In this document: in pieces, positions 38,907-47,494 of the stretch
How positions within the stretch are numbered: position 1 is the stretch's first letter
Layout: every line of letters starts with the position of its first letter
Assembly: GCA_964406665.1 (NCBI GenBank)
Contig: CAYOSQ010000002.1
Span: 182,219 to 246,218, forward strand
Origin: an uncultured Planctomycetia bacterium
GTDB taxonomy: Bacteria; Omnitrophota; Gorgyraeia; VGKH01; JBHPFN01
Reading direction: 5' to 3'
DNA length: 64,000 nt
Translations under genes and position numbers: made by a program
The notes under the pieces: generated by a model
The model's database searches: none
Told to the model about the DNA's origin: nothing
Seen by the model: the letters and a program-made list of their open reading frames with translations, nothing else

Positions 38907-39323
38907 CTAAAATCTTGAAGTATGATAGGCAAAATCACGAACTTTTCCATCATTATCAAATTTAATAATCACTGTTAGCGTTCGCTGGCTTTTTGAAGCC
39001 GCTCCTGCACTACCTGGAGTTAAAAACTTCAATCCTGCTCCACTATCTGAATATACTACATCCGTAGCTATCTTATCATAGATCCAAACCTCACGCCTTT
39101 CCTCATCAGTACTAACAACATTTGGCGAACCTAAAACTTCAGCTACTTGGGCAGATGTCATTCCTACTGAAACTTCTCGCTGAACGGTTCCAACGGTAAG
39201 TCTATCTCCAGTATCATCACGAATTTGGTCCCTATGATAAGAAGCTGGAGCGCAGCCAACAAAAATAAATATTACTATCAAAAATAAATACAATGCTTTC
39301 ATCGTTACTCCTTTTTTAATCAA
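38907..39323 (-). CDS. BamE/SmpA-OmlA-like lipoprotein.
   Basis: Lipobox FVGC. LTVGTVQREVSVGMTSAQVAEVLGSP resembles the BamE core (IRVGMTQQQVAYALGTP). Confidence 0.5.
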   Translation of the reverse strand: MIKKGVTMKALYLFLIVIFIFVGCAPASYHRDQIRDDTGDRLTVGTVQREVSVGMTSAQVAEVLGSPNVVSTDEERREVWIYDKIATDVVYSDSGAGLKFLTPGSAGAASKSQRTLTVIIKFDNDGKVRDFAYHTSRF

Positions 39324-39462
39324 TTACCCTCTTTCGAACTACTTACGCGCAAATAAGCTTCTGATTGCATTCTATATCTAATCTCTAAAGCTGTCAATGT
39401 GTTATGCTTTAAAAATCATTAGTAAAAATCATTAGGACCGGTTCTATATATCTTATGCAATA

Positions 39463-39975
39463 TCAAGATGTTGAAAAAGAACTGTCCCCGAATCTATCTA
39501 GAGAAATATTATTTTGTATTATATCATTATTTATACTGTGATAAAGATAAAAATTGCTCCAAGGGTATTCTTCTGGGTTGTTTACCATCTTAGCTCTTAT
39601 TGGGTTATTATGAATATATTCTATACATTCTCTGATGTAATGGTCTTGTTCAATTACGTTACTTTTAAATCTTCCCTGGAAAAGATGGCCTATATAACTG
39701 TGTGACTTACGAAAAGAAAGGCCATAAGAAAGCATAATCGATTGCATGATTCTGGATATAGTATAGGGGTGGATGACTTCTATTACGATATGAAAATGAT
39801 TATCCATAAGGCAGAAGCCGTATAGCTTAAAAGAGAAACGTTCTTTGAATTTTGAGAGAACTTTTAGAAAAGTAATTTTATCTTCCTTTTCTTTTAAGAT
39901 CATTTGTCGATTGTTACCACGGGCGGTAACATGATAAACTGCGCTGCTGTAGTAGATTCTTCGCTGTCTAACCAT
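39463..39975 (-). CDS. IS200-like Y1 HUH transposase of the REP-associated tyrosine transposase (RAYT) type, stand-alone.
   Basis: HVTARGNNRQMI...CLMDNHFHIVIEV (HUH motif), GHLFQGRFKS, YIHNNPIRAKMV, EYPWSNF. No terminal inverted repeats or second IS gene were seen. Confidence 0.75.
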   Translation of the reverse strand: MVRQRRIYYSSAVYHVTARGNNRQMILKEKEDKITFLKVLSKFKERFSFKLYGFCLMDNHFHIVIEVIHPYTISRIMQSIMLSYGLSFRKSHSYIGHLFQGRFKSNVIEQDHYIRECIEYIHNNPIRAKMVNNPEEYPWSNFYLYHSINNDIIQNNISLDRFGDSSFSTS

Positions 39976-40081
39976 AGTAGGGACACTTCTTTAGCAAGTT
40001 GTTAGCTCATATATAGTTATTGAGAACCGGTCATTATTTTTGTTATTATTTTTGTCTTTTTTTTGAAAAATGTTTACGGAA

Positions 40082-40444
40082 TTACAAATCAGGTCCCCAT
40101 CCACAGCCCTCTATTCCCCCTTTTTCGATATCAACATATACAGAGAACCACTCAAGACCTTGTTTTCTTTTTATGGTTCGATTAGCTTCAAATCTAATTT
40201 CACAAGTTCCATTTGGAATCGACCAGCCTTTCTCTATAACTTGAGGTTTTGCAATGATACAATCGTTGTTAATTCCTTTATCAATAAGATAGTTTTGTGC
40301 AATAATTATTGCTTCTTCTCTGCTTACACCATCAGAAATATTTATTACTTTCATTTTCTCTTTAATTATTGACTCAAAGCTAGGTCTATTTCCCATAGCT
40401 TCTCCTTTTTTTGCAACAAAAACTATCAAATTTATTGCTAACAA
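40082..40444 (-). CDS. Hypothetical small protein immediately downstream of the RHS toxin fragment; candidate cognate immunity protein.
   Basis: Position and size (120 aa) are typical of Rhs-CT immunity genes. No recognisable motif. Confidence 0.4.
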   Translation of the reverse strand: MLAINLIVFVAKKGEAMGNRPSFESIIKEKMKVINISDGVSREEAIIIAQNYLIDKGINNDCIIAKPQVIEKGWSIPNGTCEIRFEANRTIKRKQGLEWFSVYVDIEKGGIEGCGWGPDL

Positions 40445-40485
40445 TATCAGAACTAAAAATTTTATCTTTATTTGACTTAACTCCT

Positions 40486-41631
40486 TTATGGCATATCAGG
40501 AAACCCGGGTGTCCATCCATCAATAGGAACATCTCCGCCAGCTCCATATATTACACTATTCACAGCGAAATTGCTATTATGATCTGTGGCTATATAAGAA
40601 AACTTACCAACAAAGGTAGATTCATAAAATGCAATATTTTCTTGTAATGCACTCATATTTATATCCACATTAAATGACTCAACATAACGACCGCCTAAAG
40701 ATAAAGATTTTTCTGTACAATTATGGGTTCCCCATCCTGATAAATTGTCTACTTTGTTAGTTGTTGTTATTTGACGAGCCATAGGATCAGGTCCCATTTC
40801 AAACTTACCGTTTTTTAGCTGATCAGAAATAATCGCCCGATGTCTTGGCCCAGTTGTACTTCCTGGATCATTAGCTAAATTCTTGCCCAATGGTCTTTGG
40901 ACTATTCCAACAGTACTATCTTTCTGATTCGCATTTAGGGCATATCTTGCTCTCATTTCTGTGGCGTATTCATTAAATTGTGCATCTCTATTTGAAACCC
41001 AACCATCGCCTGCTTTCCAGTTTTGAAATTGTTCCGATTTAGCAACGCCTGAACTGAGAGCTCCACCGGTAATTCCTCCAGTAAATCCTCCAGCAAAGCT
41101 ATCCCAGCTATCGGTTGTGCCTGCGGCTCCTGCGCCAACAACAAACATCCCTGCCAGAACACCGTAATGTTCACCGCCAATAGCCCATCCTCCAAGCCCA
41201 CCCAGGGCTCCTCCTGCGGCTGCACCTATCAGCATTCCTTTCCAGCCACCCTCAAGGCCTCCTGTAATGGCGCCACCCAATGACCCTCCAATAATACCTG
41301 CCATTGTTGTACCAACTAGAGCAAAACCAGCAGGACCAAGAAGAACTGCTGCAGCAGCACCCACAAATGCTCCTGCAAAGCTATTCCAAAACTTCTTCCA
41401 TGACCAATGACCAGAAGGATCTATTCTATTTACAGGATTGTTTAAACAGTAAGAATATCTATTTAAACTCTGAGGATTATGCGGACCGGGTACTATCGTA
41501 TCAGCTGTTATAAATCTGCCAATGAGCGGATTATAATATCTAGCTCCATTCAGCTCAAAAAAAGTTTTAAAGTCGGTAAATAAGATTATTCTTAAATAAA
41601 CAAAAGTAGGATGCTTGTTAAAAAAAATCAA
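40486..41631 (-). CDS. Orphan RHS-repeat-associated C-terminal toxin module. It keeps only the last ~30 aa of the RHS core, followed by a glycine-zipper-rich region and a roughly 200-aa C-terminal domain of unknown activity.
   Basis: ARYYNPLIGRFITADTIVPGPHNPQSLNRYSYCLNNPVNRIDPSGH is the canonical RHS core end (YYDP..GRF...DP; the DPxG autocleavage site). No N-terminal RHS body or promoter space is present (only 5 bp to the divergent kinase gene). Confidence 0.75.
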   Translation of the reverse strand: MIFFNKHPTFVYLRIILFTDFKTFFELNGARYYNPLIGRFITADTIVPGPHNPQSLNRYSYCLNNPVNRIDPSGHWSWKKFWNSFAGAFVGAAAAVLLGPAGFALVGTTMAGIIGGSLGGAITGGLEGGWKGMLIGAAAGGALGGLGGWAIGGEHYGVLAGMFVVGAGAAGTTDSWDSFAGGFTGGITGGALSSGVAKSEQFQNWKAGDGWVSNRDAQFNEYATEMRARYALNANQKDSTVGIVQRPLGKNLANDPGSTTGPRHRAIISDQLKNGKFEMGPDPMARQITTTNKVDNLSGWGTHNCTEKSLSLGGRYVESFNVDINMSALQENIAFYESTFVGKFSYIATDHNSNFAVNSVIYGAGGDVPIDGWTPGFPDMP

Positions 41632-41636
41632 ATACT

Positions 41637-43304
41637 ATGATGTCTGATTTCATATCGCGCCTAAATCTTTTTGCAGTATCTTCAATTCTCATTTTTTTCT
41701 CTAACCTAACTATATCTATACTTGCATTTCTGAAAGGACAGGACAAGCGATTAAGCATTGTCTTTGGTCTACTTTGTCTTTGCGTTACTACTTGGGGAAT
41801 CGGAGGATATATTTCCTCTACAACAACATCCAAAGAGATTGCTTATCTAGGATGGCAAATTGCGAACATATGTTCAGTATTCGTATCACCAATATATTTT
41901 CATCTTGTCTGCATATACACTAAAACAGCTAGAAAACATCTGCTTTTGTTGATGTATTTTTGTGGATTCGTATTTATCTCTTTTAATTTCTTTGCTAAAG
42001 AAATGTTTTTAGGGGACTTGCAGTTACTTTTTAATCAATTTTATTATATTAGCTGGTCTGTAGACAAGAATTTGATTTACTTAATTTTTTATATTTGCTT
42101 CTATTGGATTTTTTTATTATATTCTTTTTATATATTGGTGAGAAATTTTTTAAATTCAAGTAAAAAAAAGCGCAATGAGATAAAATATTTTTTAATAGGA
42201 ACAAGCATTGGATGGCTAGGAGCTCATGGTGATTTTTTAAGCGTGTTTAAACCAACTTTTTATCCGTACTTAAATTTTTTAATAGCTATTTATCCTATTA
42301 TTTTGACTTACGCAATCTTTAAACACCAGCTCATGGATATAAAAATCGTTCTTCGTAAGGGACTTGTATATTCTATTTTAATTGCTTTTATAACTATAAT
42401 CTATTTGCTAGTTGTGCTTTTGTTTGAAAAGCTACTTCAGGGAATTGTAGGCTATCAATCAATATTTACTAGCATACTGACTGCTCTAATAATTGCACTT
42501 ATTTTTATTCCCCTAAAGAACAAAATACAAAACTTCGTTGATATGGTATTTTTCCAGGGAACCTTTACTCAAATCGCCAAGGAAAAAGAACTAATAAGCG
42601 AGGAGCTTAATCGCTCTGAACGGCTAAAATCAGTAGCTACTTTTGCATCTGGCATGGCCCATGAAATTAAAAATCCCTTAACTGCGATAAAGACATTCAC
42701 TGAGTACTTACCAGAGAAAAAGAACGACCCTGAATTTCTAGACAAATTTTCTAAGATTGTTTCAGGAGAAGTAGGCAGAATTGATTCTTTGGTTCATCAA
42801 CTATTAGACTTTGCTAAACCCTCTCTCCCCAAGCTCATTCCTGTTAACATCCATACTCTTCTTGAAGAAACCCTGAGCTTCCTTAATAATCAACTAATTA
42901 AACATAAAATTAAAGTAAAAAAAGAGCTAAGAGCAACGCAATTTACTATACAAGCTGATTTAAATCAGCTAAAGCAAGCATTCTTAAATATATTTCTGAA
43001 TGCGATTGACGCAATGCCTAATGGTGGCTCTTTTGATATCAAGACTACAGCTATTAATTCACAAACAGCAGACAAACAATTCATTCAAATTATAATAAGC
43101 GATACTGGATGTGGTATCAGAAAAAAGGATTTACCGCATATTTTTGAACCGTTTTATACAGCTAAAGATGGCGGGGCAGGCTTAGGACTTTCGATTACAC
43201 ACGAAATTATAAAAAATCACGACGGGAAAATACTTGTTGAGAGTAACACTAACAAAGGAACAACCTTTATAATTGAATTACCTTTAAAAAGTAATAACTA
43301 CTAA
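41637..43304 (+). CDS. Sensor histidine kinase with an N-terminal multi-TM sensor domain (paralog 1).
   Basis: Six to seven TM helices with WGIGGYISSTTTSKEIAYLGWQIANI, then HisKA (SHEIKNPLTAIKTF) and HATPase_c (DTGCGI...GLGLSI). Confidence 0.85.
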   Translation: MMSDFISRLNLFAVSSILIFFSNLTISILAFLKGQDKRLSIVFGLLCLCVTTWGIGGYISSTTTSKEIAYLGWQIANICSVFVSPIYFHLVCIYTKTARKHLLLLMYFCGFVFISFNFFAKEMFLGDLQLLFNQFYYISWSVDKNLIYLIFYICFYWIFLLYSFYILVRNFLNSSKKKRNEIKYFLIGTSIGWLGAHGDFLSVFKPTFYPYLNFLIAIYPIILTYAIFKHQLMDIKIVLRKGLVYSILIAFITIIYLLVVLLFEKLLQGIVGYQSIFTSILTALIIALIFIPLKNKIQNFVDMVFFQGTFTQIAKEKELISEELNRSERLKSVATFASGMAHEIKNPLTAIKTFTEYLPEKKNDPEFLDKFSKIVSGEVGRIDSLVHQLLDFAKPSLPKLIPVNIHTLLEETLSFLNNQLIKHKIKVKKELRATQFTIQADLNQLKQAFLNIFLNAIDAMPNGGSFDIKTTAINSQTADKQFIQIIISDTGCGIRKKDLPHIFEPFYTAKDGGAGLGLSITHEIIKNHDGKILVESNTNKGTTFIIELPLKSNNY

Positions 43305-43321
43305 ACCCTATAACCTGATTC

Positions 43322-44503
43322 CTAAATCTTTCCCTCTTCACTCAATTCAATAAAAGCCTTTGCGGCTAAAGGATTAAATTGAGCACCAATCCCCTTCTTT
43401 ACTTCTGAGATCGCGATATCTAAAGGAAGGGCTTTTCTATAAGGTCTATCTGAAGTCATGGCATCAAAAACATCAGCAACAGCTATAATTGCTGCAGTAA
43501 GAGGTATCTCATCACCCTTAAGTCCTTCTGGGTAACCCTTGCCATCATATCTCTCATGATGATACTTAACCCCCTTAATGCAATCATCGAGTTCTTTTAT
43601 AGGTTGGAGAATTTTAGTACCCTGAATCGTATGCTCTTTTATCTTGTCAAATTCTTCATCAGTAAGTTTACCGGGTTTATTCAAAATTGCTTCCGGAACA
43701 GCAATTTTTCCAATGTCATGGAGTAAGCTTGCAATATGTAGATTTTCTAAAAACTTATCCGGCACATGGACAACTTTATTTTTTATCAATTTATTAGCAA
43801 TCAGAAGAGAATATTTTGTAACCCGCTCAGTATGGCCTCTGGTGTAATGATCTTTGGCTTCAATTGCTTCTGCAAGTGCAATCGTAGTATTTATAAATAG
43901 TTCGTGGTTAATCCTAAGCTCGGTGGCTAGATCATCAAAAAGCTGGGCATTGCGTATTGCCATAGCAACATCATAAGCTAAAGCCACAAAAAAATCCAAC
44001 TCGCCTTTAAAAAATTTCTTTCTGGAAGTTTTCTTTCCTAATACTAAAACTCCGAGTAACTCTTTTCTGTAATAACTCGGGATACAAACGCTAGCTTCAA
44101 ATAAATCCATCTGCTTCTTTACTCCGAGGATAAGCTCCTCTAAGCCTTTTTCTTTCTTTACAAGCTGATCTTTCCAAAGGATGTTGTTTATATTGTCATA
44201 CACTAAAGCTCCGCCATCTTTGCTTAAAAGATATTGCTTTTGCAGCTTAAAGAACTTAATAAGAGAACTATCACTTTTTACTCTCGCATAACCTGCAGGG
44301 ATTTTTACTCCCTTTTCTCCGCGGGAAACAGTTAAGACATATGATTCTCTTTTTTTATCATGCAAAAGTATACCAGCGTATGATACACCTATCTTCCTGT
44401 TCATCATACGCACAATCATCTTAATAAGAGATTCTGGCTTATGCACAAGAATCATAGTTTTTGCTGCTGTTTCTAATTCTTTTTTGTAATCTAAATGCGT
44501 CAT
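43322..44503 (-). CDS. GAF-like domain plus HD-GYP domain protein (putative c-di-GMP phosphodiesterase).
   Basis: HDIGKIAVPEAILNKPGKLTDEEFDKIKEHTIQG...HHERYDGKGYP HD-GYP signature. Confidence 0.8.
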   Translation of the reverse strand: MTHLDYKKELETAAKTMILVHKPESLIKMIVRMMNRKIGVSYAGILLHDKKRESYVLTVSRGEKGVKIPAGYARVKSDSSLIKFFKLQKQYLLSKDGGALVYDNINNILWKDQLVKKEKGLEELILGVKKQMDLFEASVCIPSYYRKELLGVLVLGKKTSRKKFFKGELDFFVALAYDVAMAIRNAQLFDDLATELRINHELFINTTIALAEAIEAKDHYTRGHTERVTKYSLLIANKLIKNKVVHVPDKFLENLHIASLLHDIGKIAVPEAILNKPGKLTDEEFDKIKEHTIQGTKILQPIKELDDCIKGVKYHHERYDGKGYPEGLKGDEIPLTAAIIAVADVFDAMTSDRPYRKALPLDIAISEVKKGIGAQFNPLAAKAFIELSEEGKI

Positions 44504-44508
44504 ATTAA

Positions 44509-44865
44509 CTATGATAATTCCTTTAGCACGACTTCTTCAAGTTCGTCAAGAACCAAAGGCTTATGAATATAATTAACTGCACCTAACTGTTTAGCCCTTT
44601 CCATTGACTCTTTATCTTCCACACCTGTAACCATAATGACTTTTATCGTGTTATCAATCTTCATAATCTCTTCAAGGACGTCCAGTCCATTCATATCCTC
44701 CATTCTTACATCAAGTAGCATAAGATCAGGCCTTTGCTCCTTAATTGAATTTAATGCCTCAATGCCGCCAGATGCTGTTGCAGTATCCACTTTTCTTTTT
44801 TTGAAAAAATTACTGGCGAATTCCCGAACATCTGGCTCATCATCTACTATTAATAGTCTAGACAT
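44509..44865 (-). CDS. Single-domain response regulator (receiver only).
   Basis: LLIVDDEPDVREF...DLMLLDVRMEDMNGLDVLEEI has the acidic pocket and phospho-acceptor Asp. Confidence 0.85.
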   Translation of the reverse strand: MSRLLIVDDEPDVREFASNFFKKRKVDTATASGGIEALNSIKEQRPDLMLLDVRMEDMNGLDVLEEIMKIDNTIKVIMVTGVEDKESMERAKQLGAVNYIHKPLVLDELEEVVLKELS

Positions 44866-44899
44866 TTTAATCCCCTTTCTAGGTTATAGCGTTTAGGGT

Positions 44900-45268
44900 T
44901 TAGCGCTTAGTCTCAAGTTTAGAAATAAGAACGTTTAACATTTTTAAAATCTCAAGAAGAAAATTATCAGACTTAGAATACTCTAAATTTTTGGTATCTT
45001 CAAGTTTTTTTGAAATACAAATTTGCGTCTCCAGCTCGGAAGCTGAACTGTAGGCAATAGTCAAGAAATGAATATATTCTTTTACGTGTTTCCTGCAATA
45101 TCCCTCGGCAATATTAGAAGGAATAGCAACAGCAGCTCTGCGCATTTGAGAAGTTAATCCGTATATTTCACTTTGAGGGAAAGATTTTGTTAATTTATAG
45201 ATTTCTAAAACCAAATCCATAGCCTTTTGCCACACAATTAAGTCTTTATATGATTTTAACTTAGCCAT
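44900..45268 (-). CDS. Four-helix-bundle protein (23S rRNA intervening-sequence protein / Avd-like family).
   Basis: SYKDLIVWQKAMDLVLEIYKLTKSFPQSEIYGLTSQMRRAAVAIPSNIAEG is the family signature. Confidence 0.8.
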   Translation of the reverse strand: MAKLKSYKDLIVWQKAMDLVLEIYKLTKSFPQSEIYGLTSQMRRAAVAIPSNIAEGYCRKHVKEYIHFLTIAYSSASELETQICISKKLEDTKNLEYSKSDNFLLEILKMLNVLISKLETKR

Positions 45269-45305
45269 TAAATTTTCCTACACCCTAAAACCTATCCCCT
45301 GCACC

Positions 45306-47492
45306 CTATTTCTGCGCGGGTAATTTCATAGTAAACATTGTTCCACTGCCATACTCAGAAGTAACACCTATTCTTCCCTTATGGTTATTTACTATAATTT
45401 TTTGTATTACGTACAACCCTAAACCAGTACCTTTTTTACTCGATGCTTTTGTGGTAAAAAATGGTGTAAATAATCTTACCTGCTCTGCATCTTTTACGCC
45501 CATTCCATTATCAATGAACCTAATCTCGATAGAGGAGTCTGTTGCTTCAGCCTGGATTGTAACATTACCCCTGTAACCTTCTTCCTTTAACTCACTTCTT
45601 CTCTGCATAATAGCATCGTAGGCATTATCTATCAAGTTAAAGAAAACTTCCTGAAGCTGAACAAAGTTTCCTTTTATTTTAGGGATATCTTGGGAATAAT
45701 CCCTAATTAAATCTATCTGGCTAAGTTTAACTTTATATTGTGCCATTTCAAGTGATGCATCAACAAGCTCATTTAGATCTATTGCCTTAAAGCCGGATTC
45801 TCCAGCTCGAGAATATTTAAGCAAACCATGAACAACCTCTCCGCCCTGCTTTACATTTTCTTTAACTCTCTCAAGTGCATGGCTAATCTGAGTGATGGCT
45901 TCGCGCATCTCTTCAGGAGATGAATTATCGTTTAACAGTTTTATCGTGTCCAGTGTATCTGCAGCAATCATTCCAAGTGCATGAAAACGGTTATTTATCT
46001 GATGTGACAGGCCATCTGCCATAGTACCGATCGTGGTCATCTTTTCTGCCTGGAAAAGCTGAGTTTGTGTTTCCTTAATATCTTCATAAAACTGTGCATT
46101 TTCAATCGCTAGAGCAGCTTGATTAGTTAAAACAGAAAATACTGACAAATCATCCGGTGAATAAATATGGCCAGAAATCTTCTCTCCTAAAGTCAGAAAA
46201 CCAATAAGCTCATCTTCAACCAAGCTAGGAACAACAACAGCAGCCCCTAAAGATTCCATTTGCTTTTGAATAGCAAGAAGCCTGGAATCATTAAAATCAG
46301 ATGCCTCTTGTTTTATCTCTTCATAAACTAGCGGCACTCTTTTCTTCCTCAAGGCCTTTATCAAAGCAGTGTTTTCTTCAACCGAAACAGGCGGAGGAGA
46401 TTTCTTCTTATCTCTGTGGGCCTGAAGTGTAAAAATATGATTATTGGGCTCAAGTAGATATATTGAACTATGTTTAATGCGTACTGTACGGGTTACAATA
46501 TGAACAATCAGATTAAGAAGCTTTTTTAGGTCTCGGATTCTCGTCATTCCGCTAGAAGCCTGCCTAAGAGTTTTTTGATACCTTCTCTGCTCTCTTAACA
46601 ATGCGTCTTCTGCTCTTCTTTGAATGTAAAGGTATATAAATGGACCTGATGTCGCAAGAAAAGTTGATAATGCTAAAGGTCCTATCCACCAATTATCACC
46701 CAACAATAGTGTTAAGTATGGACGAAGTCTATAGGCGACAACAAAAGGTGTTCCTAGAATCAAGGAATAAACACTAATGAATATACCTGTGCGAGTAATG
46801 GCAACAGTTACATCCATCAGGCGATAGCGAAAGATGGCATAACCAATAATCAGAGGGTAAATAGCTATTAAGAAATTACTCAGGGGGTAAACATTAATTC
46901 CAAAAACTAATAAAAACATACCATGAGGGCCAACCCATCCTATCAAAGATGCTAAAATAATATATTTCGCCCTATTGCGAGCAAGTCCACTGCTTTTTTT
47001 ATAAAATTTCACCAACAAAAAGAAGGCGTATGAAATGAGAAAATGGTAAAAAACTATATAGTATGATAAATAAAGTAAGCTTTTTTTCTTGCTCCATGCC
47101 ATCCAATAGAATTGGTTAAATACTAACTCGAGCTCACCAATAAAGAATTCCTTATACAAAAAGGCAAACCCTATATAGATAAATCCAAGCATATAGGAGA
47201 AAAAAATGAGAGGTTTTTTAGTAACCTTAGTGAACTTGCAGACAAAATGTAAGAATAATGGTGGAGTAAGAATCATTCCAATATGAGCAATCTGCCATCC
47301 TCTGTAAGCTACTTCTTTTGACGTAGTTACTCCTAAAATTAAACTTCCTATTCCAAAAATCGCCGCTCCTAAACATACTAGAGCATAGCTAATAGAAACA
47401 ACTCTTTCTTGACCTTTTAAATAAATAACAACCCCTACAAATAGGGTAAAAACAACAACTAATATACATGACAAACTAAAAACACTTATCAT
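45306..47492 (-). CDS. Sensor histidine kinase with N-terminal multi-TM sensor, GAF domain, HisKA and HATPase (paralog 2).
   Basis: Same N-terminal 7TM-like module (FGIGSLILGVTTSKEVAYRGWQIAHI), a central GAF region, and a HATPase C-terminus (DNGMGV...GTGLGL). Confidence 0.85.
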   Translation of the reverse strand: MISVFSLSCILVVVFTLFVGVVIYLKGQERVVSISYALVCLGAAIFGIGSLILGVTTSKEVAYRGWQIAHIGMILTPPLFLHFVCKFTKVTKKPLIFFSYMLGFIYIGFAFLYKEFFIGELELVFNQFYWMAWSKKKSLLYLSYYIVFYHFLISYAFFLLVKFYKKSSGLARNRAKYIILASLIGWVGPHGMFLLVFGINVYPLSNFLIAIYPLIIGYAIFRYRLMDVTVAITRTGIFISVYSLILGTPFVVAYRLRPYLTLLLGDNWWIGPLALSTFLATSGPFIYLYIQRRAEDALLREQRRYQKTLRQASSGMTRIRDLKKLLNLIVHIVTRTVRIKHSSIYLLEPNNHIFTLQAHRDKKKSPPPVSVEENTALIKALRKKRVPLVYEEIKQEASDFNDSRLLAIQKQMESLGAAVVVPSLVEDELIGFLTLGEKISGHIYSPDDLSVFSVLTNQAALAIENAQFYEDIKETQTQLFQAEKMTTIGTMADGLSHQINNRFHALGMIAADTLDTIKLLNDNSSPEEMREAITQISHALERVKENVKQGGEVVHGLLKYSRAGESGFKAIDLNELVDASLEMAQYKVKLSQIDLIRDYSQDIPKIKGNFVQLQEVFFNLIDNAYDAIMQRRSELKEEGYRGNVTIQAEATDSSIEIRFIDNGMGVKDAEQVRLFTPFFTTKASSKKGTGLGLYVIQKIIVNNHKGRIGVTSEYGSGTMFTMKLPAQK

Positions 47493-47494
47493 TT

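Noticed and set aside
39463-39975. Complete IS200/IS605 element
   Set aside because: There is only a single Y1 transposase gene, with no tnpB and no subterminal hairpins visible in the flanks. It is treated as a stand-alone RAYT rather than an intact IS.
40953-41225. 90-aa minus-strand ORF nested in the RHS fragment
   Set aside because: It is an alternative frame through the Gly/Ala-rich coding region, and its low-complexity translation is an artefact.
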